The translations under genes and the position numbers were made by a program. Below are positions 20,897 through 31,865 of a stretch of DNA of 64,000 nucleotides, piece by piece. The notes below the pieces were generated by a model. The model was given only the letters and a program-made list of their open reading frames with translations. It was not told where the DNA came from and made no database searches. The DNA lies in NCBI GenBank assembly GCA_000004985.1, contig GG738850.1; one strand, given 5' to 3'. The first letter of the stretch is position 1; the number at the start of each line of letters is the position of its first letter. This DNA is from Naegleria gruberi (Eukaryota).

Positions 20897-22918
20897 TTAA
20901 GGTAATTCTTTCAATAGTGATTGAATAAGTGTTTTAAAATATGATATTGATCTATCCATTTGAGTATCAATGGAGAGAGGTGTTTCATTTCGGAGTAAGT
21001 TGAGAGTGTTCAGAGAAACAAGTTCTCTATGAATGGAAGTGTAAAGTTTGCAATAGGATACATCCTTTGTTAGATGAGCCAATTTGTAACACAATTGTTG
21101 GCTCTTGTGTAAACAAAATGATTTCAGATAGTGTGATAAGGATACTTTCAAATCATCCACTCTATTGTGTTTTAATCCACGTAATTCATGATAATAGGCA
21201 ATATCAGTTTTAGATCCATGAGTGAGAATATGTGAAGAATTAGTCAGATAATCAACATCCTTGTATAAATATAATAATAATCTGTTTTTGTGAGTTTCAA
21301 AATGATTCTTTTCACAGAAATCAATAGCTTTCAATAAATAAGGAAGAATTAGGGCAGTGGTTTCTTCATTCTTTAACAGCTCACAATTTGTTAAATATAC
21401 AGTTACTAGCTGGATAAAATTGAATTCTGTTGATGATTGAAAACAGAGTTTCATCTTTGTGACAGACTCGTGTATGTTATTGTCAAGATGATAGGCTATT
21501 AAAGATTCCAAATATAATAAATCACATGTATCTATTACCAGTGTATTATCCATGATATTTTTGTATTGATTCATTAGTAAATTTACATTTTCTCTATCTC
21601 TCAACTCAATAAAGTGAGTAATAAGCAATCGGTAACATGAACTATCTGATGTTGGAATAGACCTCGAAGATAGTAATTCATAGTCGCTATATAAATCGAG
21701 ACTGGACTTGGTATAACCAATAGAAGATGTTTGATTCTTGATTGAAAGTCTATTGTGACAACTATACAACATCTTATCTCCAATAAGTCTGTAGAAATGA
21801 GCTTTGACATTGGTTAATAATGATTTTGGAAATATTTCAGTTAACAACAAAGGTTTAGATTGATCATAAAGATCCAATGAGTTTTGTTGTTGTAATTGTT
21901 CACATTTACGAATTAAAGAATATATTTGTTGGCAGGCTATTTGATTGTTGAAACCTGTCAGTAACTTGAATTGAATAAAATCCAAAGTAATATAGAATAA
22001 AATAGAAGTGTTATGACTTTGAGCAAACTTGAGTGCCTGAAGAATGAATAATTCAACATTCGAAGATTGATTATGGAAATATTCAATCATTTTGATTTTG
22101 TACAATATTATAAAAGAAAGCAATAGGCAATCATGCTCATTGTTTTGTTGAGATATTTTGATACTTTCCTTTAAAGAGATAGTAGCTTGTTTGTAATATT
22201 TAAAATGATAGTACAGAAGTGCCTTATTCAGTGCCGAATATGATCTATTTTGGAAATAATCATAATAGATATGTACATAGAAATTAGCATTAATAAAATC
22301 CAATTCTCTACAGCTCTGTATATAATTATTATAATAAAGTTTCGGAAATATTTTACTAACACCAATAGGGCTAGTTTTTTTCATACTTCTATTAGAATTA
22401 CTCTCAATAGAATCATTATTTAGCAGCAAAACTTGGGAGTGATTAGATTTAAATCTATTAATACTATCATATAAAGTTTTAACTCCATCAAAAAGTAAAT
22501 TATTAAATAATAAAATAATTTTCCTGAGAAATATTCCATAAATTGAAGTTTTGTTTGCATCAATAGATTTCAATGTATCAAATAATGTTAATAATGCATC
22601 AACACTGTCAATGGTATTGTAAAGTGCGAAAAATCTTGGTATTACTTCGGAATTAATATTTGTTAATTCCGCAATAAATTTATGTATATTTCCATATATT
22701 GGTGTTACTTTATGTTGTATACAATCAATAATAAACTTGTTTACTCCTTCCAAATTTAAATTCTTACATGATACATCCTGAGTAATACTAATTAAAATTG
22801 CTGTACAAATATCATGAGGTGTAATCTTATTGATGGAATATTCTAATAATACTGATGATGGAAGTGAAGGATTGTTTGATGGTATTATTGCTTGTTGATG
22901 CGTTGCAATACCACTCAT
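20897..22918 (-). CDS. anapc5: Anaphase-promoting complex subunit 5 (APC5)
   Basis: 673-aa ORF. The N-terminal block ITPHDICTAILISI...SIYGIFLRKIILLFNNLLFDGVKTLYDSINRF parallels human ANAPC5 (VTPYKIAVLVLL...SVVGLFLRHMILAYSKLSFSQVFKLYTALQQYF). The rest is helical and TPR-like. Confidence 0.55.
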   Translation of the reverse strand: MSGIATHQQAIIPSNNPSLPSSVLLEYSINKITPHDICTAILISITQDVSCKNLNLEGVNKFIIDCIQHKVTPIYGNIHKFIAELTNINSEVIPRFFALYNTIDSVDALLTLFDTLKSIDANKTSIYGIFLRKIILLFNNLLFDGVKTLYDSINRFKSNHSQVLLLNNDSIESNSNRSMKKTSPIGVSKIFPKLYYNNYIQSCRELDFINANFYVHIYYDYFQNRSYSALNKALLYYHFKYYKQATISLKESIKISQQNNEHDCLLLSFIILYKIKMIEYFHNQSSNVELFILQALKFAQSHNTSILFYITLDFIQFKLLTGFNNQIACQQIYSLIRKCEQLQQQNSLDLYDQSKPLLLTEIFPKSLLTNVKAHFYRLIGDKMLYSCHNRLSIKNQTSSIGYTKSSLDLYSDYELLSSRSIPTSDSSCYRLLITHFIELRDRENVNLLMNQYKNIMDNTLVIDTCDLLYLESLIAYHLDNNIHESVTKMKLCFQSSTEFNFIQLVTVYLTNCELLKNEETTALILPYLLKAIDFCEKNHFETHKNRLLLYLYKDVDYLTNSSHILTHGSKTDIAYYHELRGLKHNRVDDLKVSLSHYLKSFCLHKSQQLCYKLAHLTKDVSYCKLYTSIHRELVSLNTLNLLRNETPLSIDTQMDRSISYFKTLIQSLLKELP

Positions 22919-23124
22919 TTTTTTACTATTTATTTTAAATTTTAAATTTAGGCGGGAATTATTTCTTAACGTTATGATGATAGCATAATTGTTACTTTCT
23001 TGGTGTCATTAAGTATTGATACTAACAGCCTTGCAAAGATATAAATTAAAAGGAATTAGAATTTTAATTATTATTATTTTAATCTTGGTTCAATTTTAGA
23101 AATTGAATTAAAAATTATTAAAAA

Positions 23125-24039
23125 ATGTTCAAAACTAAAGTGATTGGAAATCAATGTTCAACATTTTATAAAATCGGAAGTCAACAACAATGCATTAATA
23201 ACAATAGTATTAATAGGAAATTTACAACAAGCTTTAAAACTTTGGACCATTCTTATAATTTGACCAAACTCTTCCCAATTTATAATCCTAATAATTTTAA
23301 TAATACAACAAAAAGCACCACAACACCTGCTACTAGTAATAGTACAAATACACCAATTCAACAAACGATAGGAAGTGGCTCTGGAGAAAAAATTGTATTT
23401 AATCAATTTCAAAAACAAAAGAATAGTACACCTAAAAAGTTGAATAAGAGTTTATCAAAATTCAATTCATTGAGTATTATTACAAAACATACAGTCACAT
23501 TTAATGAAGTTAAAGATGGAAAGGATGATTCTAAACTTGTACCTCAAATAAGTGCAGGTACACCTATTTTACGTATTAACCATGATCCAATATCAGATGT
23601 TATTGATCTGAACAAATTGGGAAGTAGTATGAATACTATCAAGGCATCAAACAAAATTCAACATTATAGACTTCATGCAATAATTTATAATTGGCATAAT
23701 GTTATCGAATGCTTAAATTTTGAATCTAAATTACAAAATACTTTCACTTTGAAACAATTAATGAACAAACTTGCGAACGTTCTTTCCAATCCAAACAGTG
23801 ATTTTTATCTTGGAAAAGAATCAAAAGAGACCAATACTATTTTAAATGAAGGTAAAACTCTGCATTTTGCATTCCTGTCTAGAGAGATTATTGAATGTAT
23901 TTCTTCAATCAACAATCCTTTGTATAGAGAAATGATTTCAAATTTTTCGACTGATTCTGATATTATCAAGTCCACAAACTATGATATTGTCTACAAGTTA
24001 GATGATGAATTGTTGAAGAAACATGACATAAAAATCTAA
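23125..24039 (+). CDS. Hypothetical protein of 304 aa with an N/S/T-rich N-terminus
   Basis: ORF with ATG at 23125. No recognisable domain. Confidence 0.35.
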   Translation: MFKTKVIGNQCSTFYKIGSQQQCINNNSINRKFTTSFKTLDHSYNLTKLFPIYNPNNFNNTTKSTTTPATSNSTNTPIQQTIGSGSGEKIVFNQFQKQKNSTPKKLNKSLSKFNSLSIITKHTVTFNEVKDGKDDSKLVPQISAGTPILRINHDPISDVIDLNKLGSSMNTIKASNKIQHYRLHAIIYNWHNVIECLNFESKLQNTFTLKQLMNKLANVLSNPNSDFYLGKESKETNTILNEGKTLHFAFLSREIIECISSINNPLYREMISNFSTDSDIIKSTNYDIVYKLDDELLKKHDIKI

Positions 24040-25012
24040 TTATTTTTCCACTAACTTCATCCATTCATGCAATTCCTTTTTTGTTGACATGTACAGTTCT
24101 GACAATCTTTTGATTTCGTCCTGTTGTGCTTTTCTTTCTTCCTCTCTTTCCATCATCAATTTAGTAATGAATTGATTTTTTGTGTGTAATAGTTTTTTAA
24201 GCTCTTCATAGCTGCAAATTGTAAGCAAAAATCATTCCAATAACTTACTTGTACTTGTAAAAAGTCAAATCTTTCATATCTCCTTGATCGTATTCTAATA
24301 AGGTTGTCATGTATGAGGGGTTGTCAATTGAGAGGCATAAATTCTTCTCAGATAAAAACATTGATTCTGTTATCAAATTCGAAATGTCTGAAAATGTTGA
24401 ATACTCTGCATTAGCCGGAATATCGTCTCTTCCTTGAGTTAATTCCAATCCAACCTTATTCGAGAAAATCTGTATCTGATTCAATTGATTTAGAACACTA
24501 CTTTCGTCCTGTTTTAAAACAAGCATTTTGTTTGACTCTTGAAGATTGAGATTGTTGATGAGTGTATCCATTTGAACTTTATACTCATTGCACAGCTTGT
24601 CTTTTGCCTTTCTAACCAGAGTCATTTTACTCTGTATTTTGTATAACTGTGACAGAAGAGATTGTTTGGTTGGAATTAATTTAGAGTTGATTAGGAATTG
24701 AAGTTCTGTAAGTTGTTTTTCATAAACATGATTATTAATATTTCTTGAGGCAATAAAGTTTAGCTTATGTAAATCATAATTTTGAGAGGTGGGTATTTGA
24801 TTTTCTTGAGTGGTCTCAACCTTCTTTGGTTCCTCAATTTTAGGCTCTTCCTCACTTGTTGATTTTCTTGATTTTTTAGATGAAGATGATCTCTTTTCCT
24901 TCTTTTCCTTTTTATCTTTCTTTTTCTTCTTGTCTTCCGATTCATCTGAAGATTTTGATGATTTGGACTTTTTGGAGGATGAGGAGGAACGAGACTTTTT
25001 CTCTGAAGGCAT
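24040..25012 (-). CDS. Coiled-coil protein with a Lys/Ser-rich N-terminus, in two exons
   Basis: Exons on the minus strand are 25012..24249 and 24211..24040, separated by a 37-nt intron (GTAAGTTATTGG...TTTGCAG). The junction is phase 2 (..FYKYK|N|YEELKKLL..). The N-terminus is MPSEKKSRSSSSSKKSKSSKSSDESEDKKKKKDKKEKKEK. Confidence 0.5.
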
Positions 25013-25099
25013 TTTTTTGTACTTTTTTTGGCGCCAAAAACATTTCCATTAAGAAAATTATAATGCTGTTCACGAGAAATGATTAATGATATTATTATG

Positions 25100-27341
25100 T
25101 TATGGATTCAGTAATTTACTGAAAAATCCATTGTACTTTTTCACAGCAACTTTTGCAGATTTTTCTCCTTGTTCAGCTAATTTTCTAATCTTTGATATGG
25201 CAGATTGAATTCCAGCATCTGCTGCCTTTTCATAGTAGTGACAAGCTTTGGCTAAATCACGTGGAACATAATTTCCCTCTTCATACATAATTCCAAGCCA
25301 TGCATTTGCATTGATATTGCCACCACTAGCACTCCTGGAAAAGTATTTGAATGCCAATTCTTTATCCACTTTAGTTCCAATGCCCATCAAATGAATTCTT
25401 CCCATATCACACATGGCTGTCATATTTCCATTAGATGCACTCTGTTCATACCAATATTTTGCAGAATCATCATTTTTTACAACACTTCCACAACCATTTT
25501 TAAAGAAATAGGCAACATGTAGTTGACTTTCATGAAATCCTAATTTTGCTGATTTCTGGAAATATTCAAAAGCTTTATCAACATCTTTCTTAACTCCAGT
25601 ACCATTTTCGTACATTAATCCTAATCTATTAAGAGCCCACGGAGTATTACTCTCCAAATAATATTCTGATAAAATTAATTACAATAGATTAATTTTCAAT
25701 AAACTTACTAATAGCATTTCTATAGTTTTGTTTCACACCATACCCATGTTCATGCATTGCTCCTAACAGAAAAGTGGCATTTGAATTGCTATTGTTTGTC
25801 ATTTCAAAATTGCAGCAGTCTAATAATCTCTTGAGATCCTTCTTGTCTGAATAATATTTCAACAAGTGAATGATATTTTGCATGGAATTGAAATCAAAGT
25901 TTCTATGTGTGGTGAAAATTTCAAACATTAATTGAAATGCTTCCTTATAGTTTTTACAATCCATGGCAAGAATAGCTTTTCTCTCACTTTCAGCAATAAA
26001 AGTTTCTGCTCTATCAGAGCTTTTCATTATTAATGGATTGGATAATATGCTTTCGTAGGAAGGTCTTGAGAGAGGATCCTTTGCCAACATTTTGAGCAAT
26101 AGGTCAATAATGGAGCTATCACATTTTGCTAATTTCAACGAGTTTTCAATTTCTTCCATGGAAATGTTAGCACATCTAGAACGTAAATCAAAGGTTAACA
26201 ACTGATAAACAGATACTCCAATTGCAAAGATATCACTCTTAATAGAATAGGGAAGAACCCTCTCATTAGACGAAAGTATTTCAGGTGCTAGGTATTGTTC
26301 CGTTCCAGCCAAACTCAAAGAAGTTAAACTATCTGATATAACAGTACTTCCACCAAAATCCGCAAGTACAATTTCAATCCGATTTCCAATAGGATCAAAC
26401 TTTCTTAGTAGGATATTCAAAGGTTTAATATCTCGATGCACAATTATTCCTCTTTTCTGTTGATTGAAATAATGTAAAGCAGCACACAACTGATAAATAC
26501 ATTGGAATATCATTTCATTGGAAAGAGGTATCTTTTTTTCAATAATGGCCTTTTTCATGCTTCCTAGCTCCATATATTCCATTACAATACAAAATACATC
26601 AAATAATGTAAACATTTCATAAACTTTGATCGAATAATTGTGACTGAACACTATTGTCTTGGTTCCTTCATTAAAATCCATCGTCCCCTCAATACAAGTA
26701 ACTGGAACAACTTTGATTGCTACAATTTTAGAGTCCAACTTTCGAGTTGCTTTAAAAACTTTTCCAAAAGCACCTTCTCCAATTATACTCATCTCTGAAT
26801 ATTGATTCAATAGTACTGAGAGAATTTCACTAGCTCTAGTACTCTTCAAACCCACGATAAGTTCATCATAATTCGAATCAATTGAAGTAGAAACAACAGG
26901 TGCTTCATCATGATGACTTGATTGATTCGTACTATTTTCAGTAGTATTATTATTCGAAAGACTATTTTCCCTACTATCGGTTGATGTACTACTACCACTA
27001 TTACTACTAACAGTACTTTTAGTACTTGTAATACTGCTATTGTTAGTAGAAGTATTGGAAGTGTTACTATTAATTTTCTTTTCATTACTTTCGAATACTA
27101 CTTCAACAATCAGTGGATGATCTAGTTGAGTACTAAATGTCTTCATCATGTTTCTTACATCTGTATCATTTCTGAGTGTAATTAATAAATTTGCCGTTGG
27201 ATGTTTATATTTCAAAAAGAAGTGAATTTCATTTGATGATGAGAGAAGATCTAGCACTTGACTTGTTATGAATTCCAATGTTGAACATTCGTCCAGAAAG
27301 AGGAGAATATTATGAGATAAACACTGAACAATACATTGCAT
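25100..27341 (-). CDS. Ser/Thr protein kinase with C-terminal Sel1-like (TPR-like) repeats
   Basis: Exons on the minus strand are 27341..25709 and 25665..25100, with a 43-nt GTAAGT..CAG intron. Kinase motifs are GEGAFGKVFKA, VAIKVV, HRDIKPLNILL, DFG and APE. The Sel1-like repeats are GYGVKQNYRNAISKFI.., NRLGLMYENGTGVKKDVDKAFEYFQKSAKLG and WLGIMYEEGNYVPRDLAKACHYYEKAADAG. Confidence 0.65.
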
Positions 27342-27919
27342 TGTTTAATATTTTTTCAATTATTATTAAAAACAACAAATCTCCTTTTCACAACAGTTTT
27401 CAACAGTTCAAAAATCTTCACGTCAAACAAAATTCTTTTAAAAAATGTCTTCAAATTGGTATAGAGCTTCACCTTTCGGAAAGTGTCTGCTCATATTGAC
27501 TTGTTCATGTTTTGTGGGGTGTTGTGCTGACAGAGACACTGACATTGAAGAGTACGAACAAGATGGCAATAGTAGATTCCATAAATTTCATTCCACTGTG
27601 TAATTGGATATTTATTTTTTTGCAATGTTTGTTGTGATTCTTTTAATTGGATTTTGATGTTGTGCAAAATGTTGTAGCCTTAGTATACTAGTAATCCATC
27701 TCATGTTACCTGTACATTCATTGTAAACTATTTAAATATTAAATATAATATTCCAGAAATTCAACCCTTAAGAGAAACTAATCACAGATTAAACAGTTTC
27801 ATTTTCTTTTGAAAAAATATGTAAAAAGTTCTAGTTACTAACTTTCTCTGAAAGAACTGTCTGTTTGTCTGTTTATCTCATAAACAATTTGGAAGTTCAA
27901 ACTTTAATTTATCAAAAAA

Positions 27920-28755
27920 ATGTTAGCACAAGACAATGATATAAAGAACAAAGTTAGAAGATTTGTTAGAAAGTATCACATCAAACAACCTCTTCAAAAA
28001 CGAATCTTTGATAAGCACAAATTCGAACCATTAACAGAATCTCCCTTAATAGCATCTGAAGAAAATACAGAGTTTCTTTCCCATCAGAACTCTGCCTACT
28101 CGGGTTTATCCCAATACCAAATACACAAAACTGCAGAATTGAAAAAAGGTCCTTGTGGAGTTGGACTAGCAAACTTTCAATTCTAGTTGAAATGGAAAGT
28201 TTAGGAGATGATGCTTACTTTACCTTTGATTCCACCACGCATTCAATGATAGGAATTGCAGATGGAGTTGGAGGTTGGAATAGGAATGGTTCCACAGGTA
28301 TTGCAGCACTAGTTAGCAATAGAATAATGTCGGAATGCTTAAAATGTTGTGAGAATGGGGAACGTGATCCTAGAAATGTAATGAAACAATCATTTGAGAA
28401 TATTGTGAAAGATAACTTGAGTAAAGGTAGTTCAACAGTTTGCATTGCATCCATTGATAAGATGGCTAACAAGCTCAGTGTTTGTAATTTTGGAGATTCT
28501 CAATATGATATCATTCTATTATTTACAGATGGAGTGTGTGATAATCTCTTTCAATCTGAAATTCTTGAAATTTGTACTGGACTTGATACATCCTATGAAA
28601 TTGCTTGTTCAATTGTGAAAAAATCAAAAGAAAAAACGAGAACACCATCCACTGACTTTGCAGAAATCTATCCCACACCATTTTCAAAAAGCAGAAATTT
28701 GAAATATACTGCAAAACCAGATGATATCACTTGTGTATGTCAAATAATTGAATAA
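27920..28755 (+). CDS. PP2C-type phosphatase, PTC7/PPTC7-like
   Basis: Two ORFs in different frames. They are joined by a putative 56-nt intron at 28149..28204 with a weak GTCCTT donor and a TTTAG acceptor, giving ..ELKK|G|DDAYFTFDSTTHSMIGIADGVGGW.., which matches human PPTC7 LKKGMCYGDDACFVA...GVADGVGGW. Later motifs are TDGVCDNL and KPDDITCV. A frameshift at this site is the alternative. Confidence 0.5.
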
Positions 28756-28854
28756 CTCAATAAAACCTTAAAACAACAATCCGATATATGGATAACATCA
28801 ATTATCAAATATCTGAATCAGTTGTTTAGATATTTTAAATATTATTTAAAAAAA

Positions 28855-30445
28855 ATGTTTAGAGAACAAGAAGAGGAGGAAATTTATCAACATCAACGAA
28901 ATAATCTTGGTCGACATGGAAACAATGAAGATGATGGTACTCTGACAGAGTATCATCATCGTGATAAATCTTCATCAATTCTACAATTCCTGAGGAATAA
29001 CAAGATTTATATTGCAATCTTTATTGTAGCCTTTATTATTTGTATTGGATTATTAATTGGATTAATTGTTTATAATATTGTTAGTAAACCAAATATTGTA
29101 GATCATGTTTCGGATAGGAGAGTCTTGATGATCTCTATTGATGGATTCCGACCTGATTATTTGGACATGTTTAAGGATGATTGTAAGAATTTAACTCGTG
29201 TATTTATGGATGGTGTTAGAGCCAAGACAATGAAACCAATATTTCCATCAAAAACATTTCCAAATCACTATACGATTGTTACTGGACTTTATGCTGAATC
29301 TCATGGAATAGTTTCAAATTCGTAAGTTTGTTAAATTGATTATTCAACCTGGAAAATGTTAGTTTTTATGATCCAAATTTCAATGCCAAGTTTAGTATGG
29401 GATCTGATGAATCCATCAAATCTAGATGGTGGTTAGGAGAACCTATTTGGGTAACTGCTGAAAAACAAGGAATGGTTGCAGGAAGTTTCTTCTGGCCTGG
29501 CTCAGATGTGGAAATTCAAGGAAGATATCCAACCTATTACAAGAAATATGATGGAGATGTTGATTATGAGACAAGAGTCAAAACTGTATTTGAATGGTTA
29601 GATTCAGATAAACCACCACAAATTGTATTGACCTATTTCAGTGCTGTGGATACTGCAGGTCACAAGTAAGTTTTATTTTTCATGTTTACAATATGGATAC
29701 AAATATAATAATAATTAAATAACTATAGATATGGACCTATTTATTCTGAAGAATTGAGGGCAGCTGTAAAAGAAGTGGATAATTCTATAGGACTTGTTCT
29801 TTCACAATTGGAAAAGAGAAATTTGACTGATAAAGTAGATTTGATTATTGTGAGTGATCATGGTATGGCTTACACTCCAGAATCAAAGATTGTGAGAATG
29901 ACAGATATATTAGGAAGAAATGTTTTGGTTGGAGATGAAATTTTCAGTATGAATGATGGTCCATTCTTTGATTTGTATATTAAGGACAAATCTAAAGTTG
30001 AACCCCTATTTAATGAATTAGCGAATTCAATTCAAAATAATAGTACCTTCTCAACTGCCATTCAAGGTGTTTATTTGAAGAATAATATGCCAGATAGATT
30101 CCATTTTGTAAATTCTGACAGAATTCCAGATATTACCATACTTGCCAAACCTGAATACTCGATTTTAAGATATTCTACTAGTACCTTGTACGGTAAGTGC
30201 TAATAATTTAGTATTATTGATCTTAATGCGATTTAAAAGGAAATGGAAATCATGGATGGGATAATGAATCAGATTTAATGGGTAGCTTATTTATTGCCAG
30301 AGGAAAGCACTTTAAACAAGGGTTTACATCTGAGGAATCTGTTAGAAATTTGGATGTTTATTCATTACTTTGTAAATTATTGAATTTAACACCAGCTCCA
30401 AATAACGGTACTGCTGATAATTTTTCGTCCTTCTTGAAACTCTAA
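28855..30445 (+). CDS. Ectonucleotide pyrophosphatase/phosphodiesterase (ENPP, type I phosphodiesterase) family protein, a type II membrane protein
   Basis: Four exons: 28855..29321, 29363..29665, 29729..30192 and 30240..30445. Introns are 41, 63 and 47 nt with GTAAGT donors. Conserved blocks are [74 protein letters not shown] and TLYGGNHGWDN. The N-terminal TM is IYIAIFIVAFIICIGLLIGLIVY. Confidence 0.7.
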
Positions 30446-30498
30446 GCATTGATTTCAAATGAATGAAAAATGATTATTAATCAATTGACTACTTCAAT

Positions 30499-31508
30499 TT
30501 ATTTCTTATTGGTGAGATGTATAGTGGAATCTTTATACTGTCTCATGAATTTCAATCCATAAACACACGTAAAAACGAAAAATGTGATAATCCCTAGATA
30601 AACACAGCCAAGATGAAGAATGGTATAATCAATATAGGGCACGTTTGTGGAAAGCATTACACTACTTGGAAATCCATTGATTGGATCTGCATTGGGATTT
30701 GTATAATCGTGTTGAGAGACAAATTTACCACGTCCTCCATATTTTCTATGCTTAATTCTATGTCTCAAACTCCAAACATCAATACATGGTGGTATAATTA
30801 ATAAAATGGGTTGTAATAACCAACGGATTAAACTGAAATCCCCCAATGTGACCAACCATTTAGTGAGCTCAATTTTATGTCCACAATAAGCACCATAGAT
30901 TATAAATTCTTGTTCATCATCTTCATCAGGTCTGAAAACAATGGAATCACCCTCAAAAGTTTGATTCTCAATCCTTCCCCAACAAATTCTTTGATCCAAC
31001 TTGTAAAGGTAAAAGTAGTGCATGAGTCCAAGTGCTTTCCATAAGCCAAGTGATGTAATATCTAAATAGGTGTTCCAAATACAAGGTAAGATCATTTCGA
31101 GGTTTCCATCCCACTTTTTATCTGTATGAGTAAGATCTAGATATCTACCTCCAACCCTTGTACCTCTCATCTCATTTCTTACAATAGTGAAAACAAAAAA
31201 CGGTTTCAAGAAGAATGTTACATCAATAAGCCAAACTAATGTTGGAAAGAATCCATGAATAATATTGAATATCTTATTTTCTATTTGGAGAAGCTGAGAA
31301 GAATCATCGTTCGTATAATCAGATGTATTATCATCTTGGTCCACATGTGATAATAAACCAATATTACTTTCATTGATAGATTGATTATGAGAAGTTGTAA
31401 AACTAAATCTGCCACCAAAGTCAACCTTCTTTACAACCACCAAATATACCTTCATAGCAATAGTAATAATAACAGAAATACAAATGGGTACAATTAATAA
31501 AACAAACA
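30499..31508 (-). CDS. Hypothetical multi-pass membrane protein
   Basis: ORF 30499..31530 on the minus strand. The first ATG is at 31508-31506 (MAPLFVLLIVPICISVIITIAM...). It has several hydrophobic helices. Family not recognised. Confidence 0.4.
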
Positions 31509-31865
31509 ATGGAGCCATTTTTTTTATCAATGCTCCTGTCGAATGGAATTCTCATGTCAATATTTATTTGTTCCATTGAAAATTCATTAACTACACGTGT
31601 AAAAAACACTGCAAAACCATTTAAAAATTATTTGTAAATTTCAAATTTTCATGTCTGCTGCTTGTCCAAGGAAATTGAGATGTTTCAATCATATAGGAAT
31701 TAAGCGAAATATAGACCCAGCGTGAGAACTCTAGAATACACAATATAACATTCGAATAATAGATCAATGACACAAGCAATCTGTCTCAACACTACTTCCG
31801 TCTTTTTAGAGAAAAAGTCGTTTTTTGAGGTTTCCACAGTGAAAGAGAGATTAACTTTCAAAAAA

